Origin: Eledone cirrhosa
Taxonomy: Eukaryota
Direction of reading: 5' to 3'
DNA: 64,000 nucleotides
Assembly: GCA_964016885.1 (NCBI GenBank)
Contig: OZ024742.1
Coordinates: 302,622,001-302,686,000 of the forward strand
The notes beneath the pieces were generated by a model. That model did no database searches and had not been told where the DNA came from. It saw nothing but the letters and a program-made list of their open reading frames with translations. Below, in pieces: positions 42,430 to 56,519 of the stretch. The translations under genes and the position numbers were made by a program. Each line of letters begins with the position of its first letter. Positions within the stretch are counted from its first letter, which is position 1.

Positions 42430-44779
42430 CAGGGTTTCCCAACCTTTTTTCAGCCAGCGCCCCTTTGTGCGCCAACCTTTTTGTCAACATCGCCCTGTCA
42501 AATAAGATACTGAATTCATCTTACATACAAAGATAACACTTAGGTATTAGTGCAAAAGTAATTTTAATATTGTCTTAATTTCTGTTATAAATGCCAATGA
42601 TAAAAATGCTAAAACAAAACAACTTTTATTTGATAGTTTAACTCAATGTTTTCAATGCGATGGCTGACTTTGGTGCTTACTGGCTATGGTTCTTACTCTA
42701 GGTTCCATGCTGCTTAGAAATAAACGTAGATCCCCTCGAGTTGTAATTTGCAGGCGGTTTCTTTGTTTAGTAAGAAGCTGTGTAACTGTTGAACCCACAT
42801 TCAGCCATATAAGAAGTTGGAAAAGTAATGAAGAAAAGTTTGATAGCCTCCCACAGCTTTAGATACCTTTCAGAAATTTCTTTTTGTAGCCAAAATTCCT
42901 GGTATGATTTTTGATGAGGGGCTTTAATTCAAAGTCGTTTCTTAATGTAATTAACTCTTGTATCGCAGAGTCAGCTTCATTTGTATAATCGTCAATAAAT
43001 GGGTTTATCAGGCAGTCAGGTATTTCTATATTAATGAGGTCCTGATATCTACAGTTAATGTCGTCATGCAAAGACTTCAAATGGTCACCATAAATCAAGA
43101 GGTCATCATCTAATTTAGAGATATCAGCCTCATGATTATTTCCTAGTTGAGCAAGATTTGGAATTTGACACAGCTCCCGACGACCAATATTATGCCTAAG
43201 GAGTGAAAGCTTGTCCATGCATGCGCAAATAACAGATTTTGCTTTGATAAGATTTACATCACTGCCTAGCAATTGCAAATTCAGATCATTGAATGTATTG
43301 AATATATCTGTTAAGTAGGCAATGTCACATTTTCAAGCTTAGAGATCCTCACTCAAATGATCATATTTTTTCTCCTGAAAAGATTGTATGACAATGATGA
43401 AAAGTGAATAAAATCGCTTGTAAAAGAAGACGATCAAATTCTTCATTGTTGCTGCAGAGTTGTCGAAATATACGGGAATTAAGGGGAAGACATTTTATTT
43501 TATTTATTGCTGTGATAACAATATCAAGCGATTTATGAAGCCGATCACTCCAGTGTCTTGTAACTAGATGTTGACGATGAATCACGCAATGTATTGTAAA
43601 AACATTGGGTACAGTCTTCTTTAAAAATGTAAGAAAGCCTCTGCACCGCCCTGTTAATGCTGGAGCAGCGTTTGTTGCACAACCAACTATATTGTTCATA
43701 GGGATTTCTCTTCCTTTGAAAAACTTAAAAATGGATTCTATAGTAAAAATGGATTCACCTTTAGTGTCTATTTTAAGTTCCTTTGCAAACAATAATTCTT
43801 GCACAACTTTCTGATCTTTAATAAAGCAAACTTAATCCTAAAAGCACTGTTTCATTGCCTGTGAGAGTTGATTCGTCTAATTTTAAACCAAATTGTTGAT
43901 TTTTCAGGATTGTAAATAACATTTCTTCAATGTCCACAGCCATTTCATCAATTCTTCTTACCACAGAATTATTACTAAGTGGAATCGTTCAGATAAATCC
44001 ACTTGGGGAAGGATGATATACTACTGTACGAAGAGCTTCCTCTATAGCTGGCAAAATTAATTGTTCTCTAATTGTATGAGGTTTCTCTGATCTGGCAATC
44101 ATCCTGGAGATATTGTATCCACAAACAAGTCCATCGTCGAATTTCTGTGATTGGTTTGTCATAAGAGAGTGAATAGATTTTCTGTTGCGAAATTTATCTT
44201 GTTGAGTTTTAAAGTATGACAAATCTTTATTTGCTTTATCAGGGTGTATCTTGTTTAAATGATCGGAAAGCCTGGATGGTTTCATGGCCTCATTCGAAAA
44301 AGCTTTCTCGCAAAGAAGACACATTGGTTGTTGTTCGTTATTAGGAGCAATAATAAATCCAAACTTCAAATATTCAACACTATACTGTTTGCATTTTCGC
44401 TTTAATGAGTTTCCTGTCATGATTATAGGTGAACTCAAGCACTGAAAATAAAGTAAAAGTAAAAAGAAAATTACAAATAATGCCAACAACCACCGTTAAC
44501 TCTTCACAAACTATTGAGGTACGTACAGGGATGCTTTTTTTTCCATGAAATAATAGTACTTTGTTGAAACAAAGAGTTTATGACTGAAAGACCAATTGGT
44601 ATATGAACCTTTACAATAGTTTCTCCTAATGTGAAAGAAAAGAAAAAGAAATGTATAAATGCCCACCGCACACCTGAGTATATTCACCGCCCTCCAAATG
44701 AAATAAAAATCTCCCAGCGCCTCCTTTCAACGCAACAGCTCCCACAAAGGGGTGCTCGCGCCCACATTGGGAAACACTG
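42430..44779 (-). mobile_element. hAT DNA transposon, Buster/Charlie group, full length
   Basis: TIRs cagggtttcccaa / ttgggaaacactg; exact 8-bp TSD ccctagag at 42422-42429 and 44780-44787. Confidence 0.95.
42652..44420 (-). pseudogene. Buster/Charlie-type hAT transposase, disrupted
   Basis: QYSVEYLKFGFI..PMCLLCEKAFSNEAMKPSRLSDHL (BED finger), KPHTIREQLILPA, IHCVIHRQHL (CxxH), C-terminal QPSH*; split by stops and frameshifts. Confidence 0.92.
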
Positions 44780-46192
44780 CCCTAGAGGTTAGTTTTCTAT
44801 AGACAGCTCGGGGATTACAGTCGAGAGAATATGGGGCTTTTCTCGCTTCGACATAGAACAAAAAGGCTCATTGGCAATTTAGGAACTCCTATTTCGCAGA
44901 AAGTGATTGGTGAAAATATTGGTCAGTTATAAGATTTGTTGATTCAAATGAAGAGGCGTTGACTCTCATTTGTATGTAAGTTGATTGCCCATATTTGTAC
45001 CTGCCATTTAGGGTTGCTTTATTTGCCGCTTAACCCCGTTTATTGTATATATACCGCCTAATGTTTTTGTAGTCCTTTTGTAAGATACGTTTTGTATTGT
45101 ACGCAAAGGTCCTTGTGGCAAATAAAGGAAGTATTGTTGATAATAAAAAATAATATTAGTAATTATTATTAGTAGTAGTATGATTAAAATAACATTTATA
45201 AACATGCCGCTCCCGAGGCTTCATGTGTTGAGTTGTTTTCGGTGAAGTGTTCCGAATGTAAAGAGTTAAAGCATTAAAAAAAAGATATATATATATATAA
45301 AAAATATAATAAATACAAAATAAAAAAAAAGTTGATGAAGAAGTTAGTTGAATCCTTTTTGATCGATAGTCTTGTTCATATTTAGTTTTATACGGCCAAG
45401 AATTATCCATGTAGAAGCTATTAGGCCGTAAATCCGCAAGGGAATAAATAGCCCCAGCCACAGGATGTTTAGTTCGAAGCGTAAATCTATGAAATAATAA
45501 TAATAACATAAAAAAAAACGAATGTCAGAGCATGCGTGATTTTGCAAACGTGTGAATGCCCCTATAAAAAAAATAAGACCCGAAAAACGGACAAAGAATA
45601 TGATATTAAAAAAGTAGAAAGAAGAATAAAAGAAAAATAAGAAATACGAAAAGAGAAAGAAAACCATAGTCAATAATGATTAGCTGAGTGATGCAGCTCG
45701 TCTGCTTACTTTGTTTTTACTGATTTTCTTGTAAAGGTTGTTTTCTTTTCTTAAGATTTGGTTCATAATTACAGTTCTGTAATCGATTCATACAGCGTAA
45801 CACCAAGCGTAATACCATTCATTGGACATTTTTGTCCTGACTGGAGTTGGAGCGAGATGACGATGAATGGAGGTTTTCAATACATTTTGTTTTTGATAAG
45901 AAAAAAAGCATGAGAAAAAAGAAAGTAAAGAAAAATAAAGAGCAATTTTGTATCACTCGCATGGCACCTTCCTTTTTTGCCCTTCTTTTTATGGAATAGC
46001 ATGCTTTTTTTGCTATGTTTTTGGTAGAACTAATTATTTTAAAGCCACTGTGTGAAAGTTCGAAACCAGTTAAAGCTTCGTATTTTCTATTTTATTTACG
46101 AAAATGATTTTTTTCTTCTCCCATTATTTTCATTAATCTTTAATATAAATCATAAAGTAAACATTCTGGTTAAGTTAACTATTATATTGGGA

Positions 46193-46500
46193 AGGCGCAT
46201 GGCTTATTGGTTAGAGCATCGTGAGGTTGTGAGTTCGATTCTTAGACCGGACTTTGCGTTGTGTTCTTGAACAAGACACTTTATTTCACGTTGCTCCAGT
46301 TCACTCAATGTAGAAATGAGTTGCGACGTCACTGGTGCCATGCTGTATCGGCCATTGCCTTTCTCTTGGACAACATCGATGGCATGGAGTGGGTAGACTG
46401 GCATGGAGTGGGCGACTGCTGGTCTTCCACAAACAACCTTACCCGGACTTTTGCCTCGGAGGGGAACTTTCTAGGTGCAAATCCCATGGTCATTAGTGAC
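46193..46500 (+). mobile_element. tRNA-derived SINE
   Basis: ggcgcatggcttattggttagagc (A box), gtgagttcgattc (B box), gttgtgttcttgaacaagacactttatttcacgttgctccag. Confidence 0.75.
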
Positions 46501-47557
46501 TCTTTTCCCTTTACCTTATTCTGCAGACGTACGTCTTGACATCTTTTTATCTCATCAGTACAGTTCATGCATAATTAAGGGATTTGAGCTATACATAAAT
46601 ATAGGTACAGGAGAGAATTGAAATGAAATCAAGTTGGGATCAAAGATACTTTCATCAACTAAGTTGGTTGCATATATCTGAATTGAAATGTTTTAGACCA
46701 GGGAAATTTAATGAAACTGTTAAGGCGTTGCTTGATATCGATGAAATCAATAAATCAATATCTGCTGAATAGTAGAATTGTTTTACTTCATACGTCGGTG
46801 ATGGGACCTGACTATGTGGTAGGATAACTCTGCTACACACTAGATGTTGATGTCATATTTACTAAGTAAAATGTCATAGGTTAGAATGAATTTCACCTTT
46901 GAAAACTCATATGTTAAAAATATGTAGAAAGTGTTTTGAAAAGTTTCGTATATTTAATTTAAATATTCAGTGGAGCATACTTAACTATGTTAAGAAGTTC
47001 CTTTCACATATATGTTGGTTCAGTTAATGCCACTGCAGAAAAACTTCAGATAAGTGTCTTCAAAATAGTGTCGCCAAAGTCTTGTAAGGGAAATTTGGTA
47101 GAGAGAAACTACTTGAAAGCTCGCCAGAGAGATTATCTCTGTTCTTGGGTGATAGACTTAGTCAGTTAACTAATTTAACATCACCACTTGGTCCATGGTT
47201 GCCTGTAGCGGAGTATATTCTGTTGAAAACAGTTGACTGGGTCTCAGGGTTAACGATAATCTTTTCTTGTTTTAAAACGAGGGACAGCGACACTGAAAAG
47301 GGCTATAGACATTGCTCTTGTCCATCTAAATCATGTAATAGTAATAGAAATCAATATTTCAAAAGGTTTGTGTCAGCGGCTAGCTAAGTCAAAAGAATCC
47401 ATGGTTATATAAAATGATTGGTCACGCCCGGAACACCTTTGATCGTAGGCCTGCTTGATCAAAGCTATCATGGGCAAAGAAATGGTTAATTTTTTATATA
47501 AACACTTTATACATAATCTATTCTATTACATTCACTTCGCCGACACAAACTTTCAAC

Positions 47558-47631
47558 TATTGGGTCGTCAAGTATGAAATTTGTACAAATTTGGACAAAT
47601 TTCTACAAATTTCATACTTGACAACCCAATA
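47558..47631. mobile_element. tiny mariner-type MITE / palindrome
   Basis: tattgggtcgtcaagtatgaaatttgta ... tacaaatttcatacttgacaacccaata, TA-flanked. Confidence 0.65.
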
Positions 47632-47924
47632 AATATTTGGGTTTGGATTTTACATATTTTAGAGAACTACTTCAATTGATTTAATTGACGTCTGTACATA
47701 ACTTCTATTAAGTTATTCTATAAATGCCAGAAAAATGAAAGCCATAATTGTTATTGTAGATTTTGAACCAATAATGTATAAAGATGTAACTAAACACTAC
47801 ACAGTTGTTTAACCTTTTCTCATTTATTATTCTTATTGTAATCCGTTTAACCAAACAACGAACCAACCAGCCCACCAAACAGACAAGCAACTTATCTACG
47901 ACTAATCCAGTACTTCGGGCCTAG

Positions 47925-48149
47925 GAGGATAAGCTCTCCAAATATCGGTCGCTCTCCGACAGGTTTGCGGTCGAGCTCATAGCAGTGGAGACTTCTGATG
48001 TCCTTTGTCCTAGGACTACCTCCCTAATTACCAGCATCGGCACGGAGTTGGCTAGCCGCAGGCGTGAGCATCGCGAGCTGGAATGGCTCTTCTAACGCGT
48101 CTCCTTCACCATCCTTCGGGGAAACACCTTCTCTATTCTGTCCGTCGGG
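47925..48149 (+). pseudogene. 3' fragment of a CRE-like retrotransposon (restriction-like endonuclease C-terminus)
   Basis: Hand translation: EDKLSKYRSLSDRFAVELIAVETSDVLCPRTTSLITSIGTELASRRREHRELEWLF*RVSFTILRGNTFSIL, matching the K..KY / AVET.G / QR.S..I.RGN pattern; GC-rich island. Confidence 0.75.
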
Positions 48150-50024
48150 GACGCGGGGCGGCCAACGCCGGGGCCTCTATCTGCTCATAATAGTGAGAGA
48201 TTGGGGGAGCGAGAGAGACGGAGACAGTGTCTATTGTAGTTGTTACTAATAGTAATAATACTCTAGTGGTCACAACACCTGACAGAAGAAAGTAAGCGAA
48301 AGTAGGAAAAGCAAAGTTGGCTTTGAAGATTAAAGTGAATATGGAATTTTCTTCGCACTGTAATATATTTTATTTGGCTTTATTCCACTATTTAGCAGCC
48401 ATCTAGCCTACCAAACGTCATACCGATCATCCAACCAGCCAGCCAACCACTCAATGAACCAGCCAGCCAACCACTCAATGAACCAGCCAGCCAAGCATCC
48501 GATAAACCGACTTCCCATTCTGAGTTAGTAATAATAGCAATAATAATATGAATAATAATAATGACAACAATTAATGTAAAACTATAGTAATTACAATAAC
48601 AACAGTTTTGTCTCAACGTATTCAACCCTTGTGGCTAATAAGAAAAATGTTAACCATTATTAAAGCGATCTCTTGAGACTGTTACTGCACTTCGTACGTA
48701 GGTATTATTCTAGATATATAAATCTAGTTGTGTTGTATATAATTACATATTCTTTCAGTAATGTAAACATTGTTTTTGCTATTCTACAATTATGACCAAC
48801 TATGAAATACGCCCCACTTGAGCTATAAATTAAAACACAATTTTGAAACTTCCAGCGGCTAGACAAACTAAGCTTGTTTTTTTTTTATTTAACCTTCAGA
48901 TTAGAGTCAAAATTAACAAAACAATAATGATATCGTACGAACAACAAAAATGTTACAAAATGTGATTCAATCAGGTAGTAAAATTATTGTGGCCACTCAA
49001 AATCATGGGTTACATAAAAATCCCACATATAAATATTTATAAACAATGCTGTTTAATTCTATATAAAATAAGAGTTTAAAGTGTTTTCTTTTCTTTAAAC
49101 TGTATGAATAAATTTACATTAATTACAAAACCTGCAAATATTGTTTAGATAGTTTCGAAGACTCTCTACGGTTCTACTGTCATCGCTTCGTCCACAAACC
49201 CAGGCACGTAGGAACTTGGAAATTATACCGGTACTTGGGTGACCACCTTCCTTTCGTGCTTGTTACCATCAAGACCTTCCTTGTCTTCGACCCCCTGCTG
49301 TTTTCCTCGTTCTTATTTATTACAATAATAATGTAAACTATGAGAAACCTCTCACTAAAATATGAAATATGCTATGTTGAAATATGACTTGTGTAGAACT
49401 TCATATGTTGTGTGATAATCCCAATTTTTAACCTTGAATCAGCAGTAATAGGATCGAAGACTATTCTGACCTATTGATTATACTGTTCCTTGTTTAAGGC
49501 GGTTGTGTTGTGATTTGAGGGAAGGTGATTCGTTTGCTATTTCTAGCATGTTGAATAACTATGTAGTGTCCCAGATTGGCTCATAGCTACTTCTATGTTC
49601 GAAAGATGGTCACATATGATTAGACCATCTAAACTACATTACCCAATGTATTCTTTCTAATTTTAAGGAAGCAAGGTATCATTTTAGGGAAATTTGGCTA
49701 CTATTTCTAGCAGAACAAGCGACTTCGTGATGGCATCTGATGTTGGCCAGAAGTGGAGAATTGGGAGGCATATATATACGAAATATAGGCATTGTTAGCT
49801 TAAGAGAAACTTAAAAATAAGGAGTGGCACTCCAATCTGAACTTGTTTATAGAATTCTTTCTGCCTTTGTCACTCTAAATATAAATTATAGCTTTAAAGA
49901 ATTAGCTTTTAAAGAATACCCTTTTCTTTAAACCCATCAACCAATGACCTCCACCCATCCCAATCCCCACCCTCCCCTACCACCAGAAAAGATATAAATT
50001 ACCACCATATTTACTTGGACAGTC

Positions 50025-50075
50025 AGCTTCCTGATGATTTCTCACGAATGAAACAGTTTTAGTCCTGTCGAAGTT
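50025..50075 (+). ncRNA. type I hammerhead, family A
   Basis: agcttc-CTGATGA-tttctcacgaat-GAAA-cag..ctg-TC-gaagtt (GUC site at 50067-50069). Confidence 0.8.
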
Positions 50076-50084
50076 TTTCTATAT

Positions 50085-50133
<49 letters not shown>

Positions 50134-50173
50134 GATATTAAACAAATGGAAACTATATTTATAAAACCATATT

Positions 50174-50239
50174 TATTTTATTATACATATTTCAGGGATA
50201 CCATATTAAAAATATGGCATGCCTTCGTCAGATAAAATA
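50174..50239 (-). ncRNA. minimal type I hammerhead, family B
   Basis: Minus strand: tattttat-CTGACGA-aggcatgccatatt..aatatggtatccct-GAAA-tatgta-TA-ataaaata. Confidence 0.8.
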
Positions 50240-50331
50240 CAATATATAAACAGTTTTATAAATAATTTTGACTTATCATAAATATAAGCGACCATTAAGA
50301 TAGGAGGCTGGCTTTCTATATAATATAGAAA

Positions 50332-50382
50332 AGCTTCTACAGGACTAGAACTGTTTCATTCGTGAGAAATCATCAGGAAGCT
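50332..50382 (-). ncRNA. type I hammerhead, family A
   Basis: Minus strand: agcttc-CTGATGA-tttctcacgaat-GAAA-cag..ctg-TA-gaagct. Confidence 0.82.
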
Positions 50383-50434
50383 GACTGTCCAAGTAAATAT
50401 GGTGGTAATTTATATATTTTCTGTCATCAGGAAG

Positions 50435-50592
<158 letters not shown>

Positions 50593-50603
50593 AAATATAT
50601 ATA

Positions 50604-50678
<75 letters not shown>

Positions 50679-52371
50679 TGTATATATACACACATATGTC
50701 TGTATGTATCTGTCCGTTAGTCTGTCCATACATACAGTCAAGTCCATTCATATATGTTTATACACTGACGAGTGGAGAGTTATTAGTACTTGGAGATGTA
50801 ACTTTCATGCATTTGAGAAGAGCATATAACACAAACATTTATATTTGAATTAATTAGGAAGGTAATATGTTAGGCATAGACAACTATTGTTGAGCACTAG
50901 TCCACTTGAGATATATTTCGTAAGGTGGGCCGCTCTTCTAGTCATGCCATTCAGATAGCTAAACGGCTCGCATGCGAGTCACGCATTGCAGTTTGTCTAG
51001 GACGGCTCAATGTAATCACTCGATCCATTAGAAATACCAAACAAATCTCTCAAATTACAGCATAGTGTCCTGTAAATGGAAGTACATTTAGGATGAAATA
51101 TTCCCAGATATGCCTATATGACGCGATGGATATGGTTTGGTTTCTTTCATCATAGATCTGCTCAATCTAGTCCAACATGGGATTAATAATTGAATATGCT
51201 TGGCTAGCATTGACCTGGGTTTAAATAACGCACACAACAAAAACCCAAGTAAAAAGAAAAAAGTTAAAATCATAATAATCTAAACGAAAGACCAATCTGA
51301 ATATTATTTCATCTGTGACATGTTTTTAAGTGGTCATTTGACTATATGACTGTAGTTTTATTGCTATTTGTCTCCCTGTAAGACTGGTTTGTACGTCGTA
51401 CATATTGTTTGGCTTCTCTTATGTAAATGCATGTAATTATACTAAGATTTTAAACGGAAGATACCTTTTAAACACACTCAAAAGCATTGATGCCAGCACT
51501 CGAAGAAAAAAAAAAAATTGAATCCCGGGACAAAATAGAAAACTGATAAAAAAGAAACAAACAATATCAAATATACAATTAAGAATAGAAAAGAAAAACA
51601 AGTCCACAGACAAACACGAGAATCCTAATAAAACTTTCTTGTCTCGTTTAGAAGTTGTCTGTTTGTTTGAGCATGTGTGTATACGCTTGTGTTTTCTATT
51701 AGGAATCTGAGTGTCTGTTTGTGTGTTAAAATTTGTGTTTATTTTCTTGATCAGTGTGTTATTATTAATGTGTATAAACGTGGAGAAGAAGACCTCTTGA
51801 AAAGCGTTCAAAAATGACAATTGTTTTTCTGAGTGGTAATACATCTTGAAAATGTACAAGATATTCCAAGGCTGAAAAATGGGAAATAGGTCTTGGCATT
51901 TCTCATTGAAAATAAAAGCGAATAATCGGTCGGACGACACAAGAAAAGGAGAAATTTTCGAGAGAACAGTGATCCGGGCAACAGAACAAGCGAAAGAAAA
52001 GACACTCGCTACTCCTGTGTTAGCCGTTACCAATGTAATCAAAACTGAATAAGACGATAAGAATGAAGATGCGCAAACAATGAGGCTAGATAAAGAGACG
52101 GCGTGCTACGGAAGTAATATGCAGTTGGTCATAGAAGAAAAACAGCTGGTTAGCCACTTAGCACGTACTTGAACAATAATTACAGACAGCAGGCATTTGT
52201 CGGCCATCTTGCTAGATATATATCGTCCTGAAACTGTACGGGCGGTGACATTTTTTACATCAATGTAAGGATGATCTTCAAGATAGATTACAAGATTGAA
52301 AGATAGACATACACATACAAACACACATAAACACACACAAACATACACACATATATATACACTCACCTAGC

Positions 52372-52431
<60 letters not shown>

Positions 52432-52782
52432 TAGACAGATATGTAAACTGATAGCAAGATAAATAGACGGGCAATATAACATAAGAATGGAGTGATACAA
52501 GAAAGGCTAGATAGATACGTAGATAGATAGATAGGGCAATGAATATTAATATATTTATAGAAGAAAATAGTGAAAAGGGATAAGTAGGGTTAAAGTGACA
52601 GAACAATGAGCGAGAAAAACAATAGGAGAGAATAAAGCAACATAAGTATATACAAATGAGTAATGATATATATATATATATAAACATACATATTTATATA
52701 TATATATATAACATACATATATATATATATATATAAACATACATAATATATAAGATCAAAAGATGGTTAAAAGAGTTCCATG

Positions 52783-52853
52783 TATTTTATTATGCGCATT
52801 TCAAAAACAAATATCATCATGCAATAATATTTGTGTTTTCATCAGATAAAATA
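52783..52853 (-). ncRNA. minimal type I hammerhead, family C
   Basis: Minus strand: tattttat-CTGATGA-stem II-GAAA-tgcgca-TA-ataaaata. Confidence 0.8.
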
Positions 52854-53075
52854 GGAAGACATGATATGAAGGTTAAAAAACACTTGGGAATAGTGCAGTT
52901 TTAAATCAATATATATATAAATCAACGATATCTGCATTGCTTTATTGTACTACAATAAAACTCACCTCCTACATTATAAACATACATATATATGTTTAAA
53001 CATACATATATATATATAAACATATATATATATCTTATATATAAACACACATACATTTATATATACACCCCCCCC

Positions 53076-53134
<59 letters not shown>

Positions 53135-53219
53135 CAAAGGGATATTTAATTTGTTGGTAATTCAACAAATATATATATTTATAACAGATTCGAAGCACTC
53201 GACAAGTTTTCTTGAGTAT

Positions 53220-53465
53220 AATATCAATGATATTAATAAATGGAAACTAAATTTATAAAACCATATTTATTCTATTATATATATTTCAAGGGTACCAAAA
53301 CTTGAACCATTAAGGTCTCATTCCTGGATATGTCAATATTTATAAAACAAGCTCTGTATTTTATCTGATGAGAGCGTACCAAAGTTTTGGTACCCTTGAG
53401 ATATATATAATAGAATAAATATGGTTTTATAAATATAGTTTCCATTTATTAATATTATTGATATA
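53220..53465 (+). mobile_element. Penelope-like remnant, family B variant, with inverted arms and hammerhead at 53357-53417
   Basis: Arms about 53220-53302 / 53382-53465. tattttat-CTGATGA-gtaccaaa/tttggtac-GAGA-tatata-TA-atagaata; GAAA is intact in the inverted arm. Confidence 0.72.
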
Positions 53466-54196
53466 TATATATATATATATATATATCGTTTTCGGTACGC
53501 CCGGCCGACTAACTCACTCGATATGCAAATTAGGCTGCTCAGCCGTTAATATGCATAAGGAAAGTATATACTTTCAGACGTTCAATCATCTGACAGAAAG
53601 GTATACGATGCTAATAAGCTTGAAACAAGTACATCATTCCTGTGTAAGTGTGAACAAAAGGGCGACGATGGTTGCCGAGCACTGTACGGCGTAATTCGGG
53701 CTGTTTGTTTACAAAGAAACCGAACATTGTAATAAATATTCGGTAAACCCATACGTACATATATATATATGTGTGCATGTATGTATATATATACATACTA
53801 CTGTACGTCTGTATACATATATGTATGTACGTATACTTACTTATATATATATATGTATATATATATAATGTATGTCCGTAGCTTTTGTTTACAGAGGAAA
53901 ATGTCTTCAATACCAAAGAAGTGAATATTATATATTTATTATATTACTGAGATTCGTCCTTATGGGGTCGATAAAATAAAGTACCAGTCACGCACTGGGG
54001 TCAATTTAATCGACTTTCCACTCCCCACAAATTGATGGTCTTGTGCATATATAAGAAACGATTATATTACTGAGGTTACGTAATGTTGCCACACCAAGTT
54101 TCGTGGATTCCAGCTGATTACTGAACTTTTGCATGATTACTGAGTATCCGCCAAACTCAGAGTAGCAACAGAGTGGAATCTTAGTTACACACACAT

Positions 54197-54200
<4 letters not shown>

Positions 54201-54280
<80 letters not shown>
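54201..54280. repeat. (AG)n microsatellite
   Basis: Direct reading. Confidence 0.97.
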
Positions 54281-54284
<4 letters not shown>

Positions 54285-54619
54285 AATGAACTACAGAAAG
54301 TTCTAGAAAAATATAACATGGAGAAAGAGATAGTGAGGAGGGGAGAAAGAAGGCGCTCTATTTTGAAAAGGGTTCCAGTCATGACTTACTAATTTTCTGT
54401 ATGCCTGGAACTCCACTCTCTAATACATCTCCTTTTCTTTTAACAGCAGGATGGGATTTGAAGATAAGATGTCAAATCTCGCTATGGTAGGCGTTGTTTT
54501 CCATCCTTGTAGATTCGATAAAATGAGTACCAGACTGCTCCGTTCAGCGAATGAGTGGACCATTTATCGTCGAGCTCGATGAAGATCCATTCTATACATC
54601 TCAGCAAGTATACACATTG

Positions 54620-54780
54620 TTTGGCAGTACCGGTAGAGCATAGGACAAAATGTTTTTGAGGTATTTAATTAAAACTGTCTATATTCTGAGTTCAAATATC
54701 TCCTAGGTCAACTTTGCGCTTCATCCTTCCTTAGTCAATAAAACATAGCAGTGGGGCAGGTATAATCGACTTTCACTTTC
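54620..54780 (+). mobile_element. SINE family 1, degenerate
   Basis: ttctgagttcaaat...gtcaactttgcgcttcatccttc...gtcaataaaa. Confidence 0.55.
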
Positions 54781-55233
54781 ATTAGAGTATAGATTTCATT
54801 ATAGTGATGTAGTGTATACATTTCGTTGTGGTATAGTGTATAGATTTCATTATAGTGGTGGTGTGTATAGATTACATCATTGGATTGTCATTAAAATAAG
54901 ATCTAACTAGGAATTAAATAAATATTACGAAAGGTGATGTTTAAACTTCAGAAATAAAATTAAGTAATTATAGAGGTTGTACACTATCTCTAGTCATATT
55001 TTTTATGTAAACTTCATCGGTATAGTTTTATTAGTCGAGGAGGCTGAGTGTATGACATCAATAAAACTGAAATGGTCTTAGATTTTGTTGAAATTATGAT
55101 GGGGATTTTAACAATTTATTTATCATTTATTTATGAAGTTCCACAAATCGATAAGAATTCAAGTCATGTACTTCGAAATCACGAAATATATTTTAGCATA
55201 TAGTACCAATGTCTGGGAACAATAGTTAGGAAC

Positions 55234-55312
<79 letters not shown>

Positions 55313-55789
55313 GCGTGATATTGAAGAAACAGAGAGTACTTAATACAGATGTTGGTCTTTATTATGGGTAAGTGGTGAGTTTTTATACATTGGAGTTTTA
55401 TAGGGTCCGAAGAGCTTTTGATTCCAGAGTCGGGCTAGATCGATACAGATCGAACCTTGAGCTGATCAACAGCGAAACGCGCGTCACTACTCAATAAACG
55501 TAATGAAGACATAACAAACCGTCCTTTTATTATTATATTTACACTCTGCTTAGTTTTAAACCTCTTTACAGGCTGGAAACTACGCATCAAGTTTTCACTA
55601 AAGTAACTGCACGTTACACCCCCTACACACACACACACACACATATATATATATCTGTATGTGGCTGTCGCCTCTTGTGTTACACTGCAATGAAGGATAT
55701 CGTGGATAGCGATGATATGGGGATCTTTCCATGTATCTGTTTGATATTGTTTTCTAGTGTTAGTTCATATCGCCAGTGCTCAGAATTTG

Positions 55790-55836
<47 letters not shown>

Positions 55837-55839
55837 CTC

Positions 55840-55928
<89 letters not shown>

Positions 55929-55934
55929 AATGAG

Positions 55935-55970
<36 letters not shown>

Positions 55971-55973
55971 CTC

Positions 55974-56012
<39 letters not shown>

Positions 56013-56519
56013 GAATTCCAACTTTGTCTGATTTACTCGTTTTATTTACAATCCTTTAACATTTATAATGGTATTAGAATGAAATAGTATGGTAGAATAT
56101 TAAATGTTAAGTGTTAATTGAACAAGTACTTTCATGCTTTCGCAATCTTTAGGTTCATATTGTGTGGTGACAGTCATGTTTGCAATTTTCAACTGTAATG
56201 AGATGGGTAAATTTTGTGCCTTATATACAGTGAAAAGTGGCTCCAGAATGCTAAATCTTGCAAACTGTATTTCGGCCAATCGGTGTGTAGTTTCACTGGA
56301 TTACTAAAGCTGATTGGTTTAGGCGTGACGGTTGGTTGAGCATGTCTAACGACTACTAATTGACTCTATCCAAAGCATCAATTGTTTTGCTATTTTTAGA
56401 AATGGTGAAAATAGCATTTTCTAGTAATCATCACCATCAACATCACTTTTATTATTATTATTGTTGCTGTTGTTGTTAGTGGTCGTAGTCATAGTCATAG
56501 TAGGATTAATATCCCATTA

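Noticed and set aside
46193-46250. tRNA gene
   Set aside because: A and B boxes are present but there is no cloverleaf; it continues into a multi-copy SINE body.
51437-52200. 201-aa minus-strand ORF and purine-rich plus-strand frame
   Set aside because: No recognisable motifs, and stops interrupt the plus frame.
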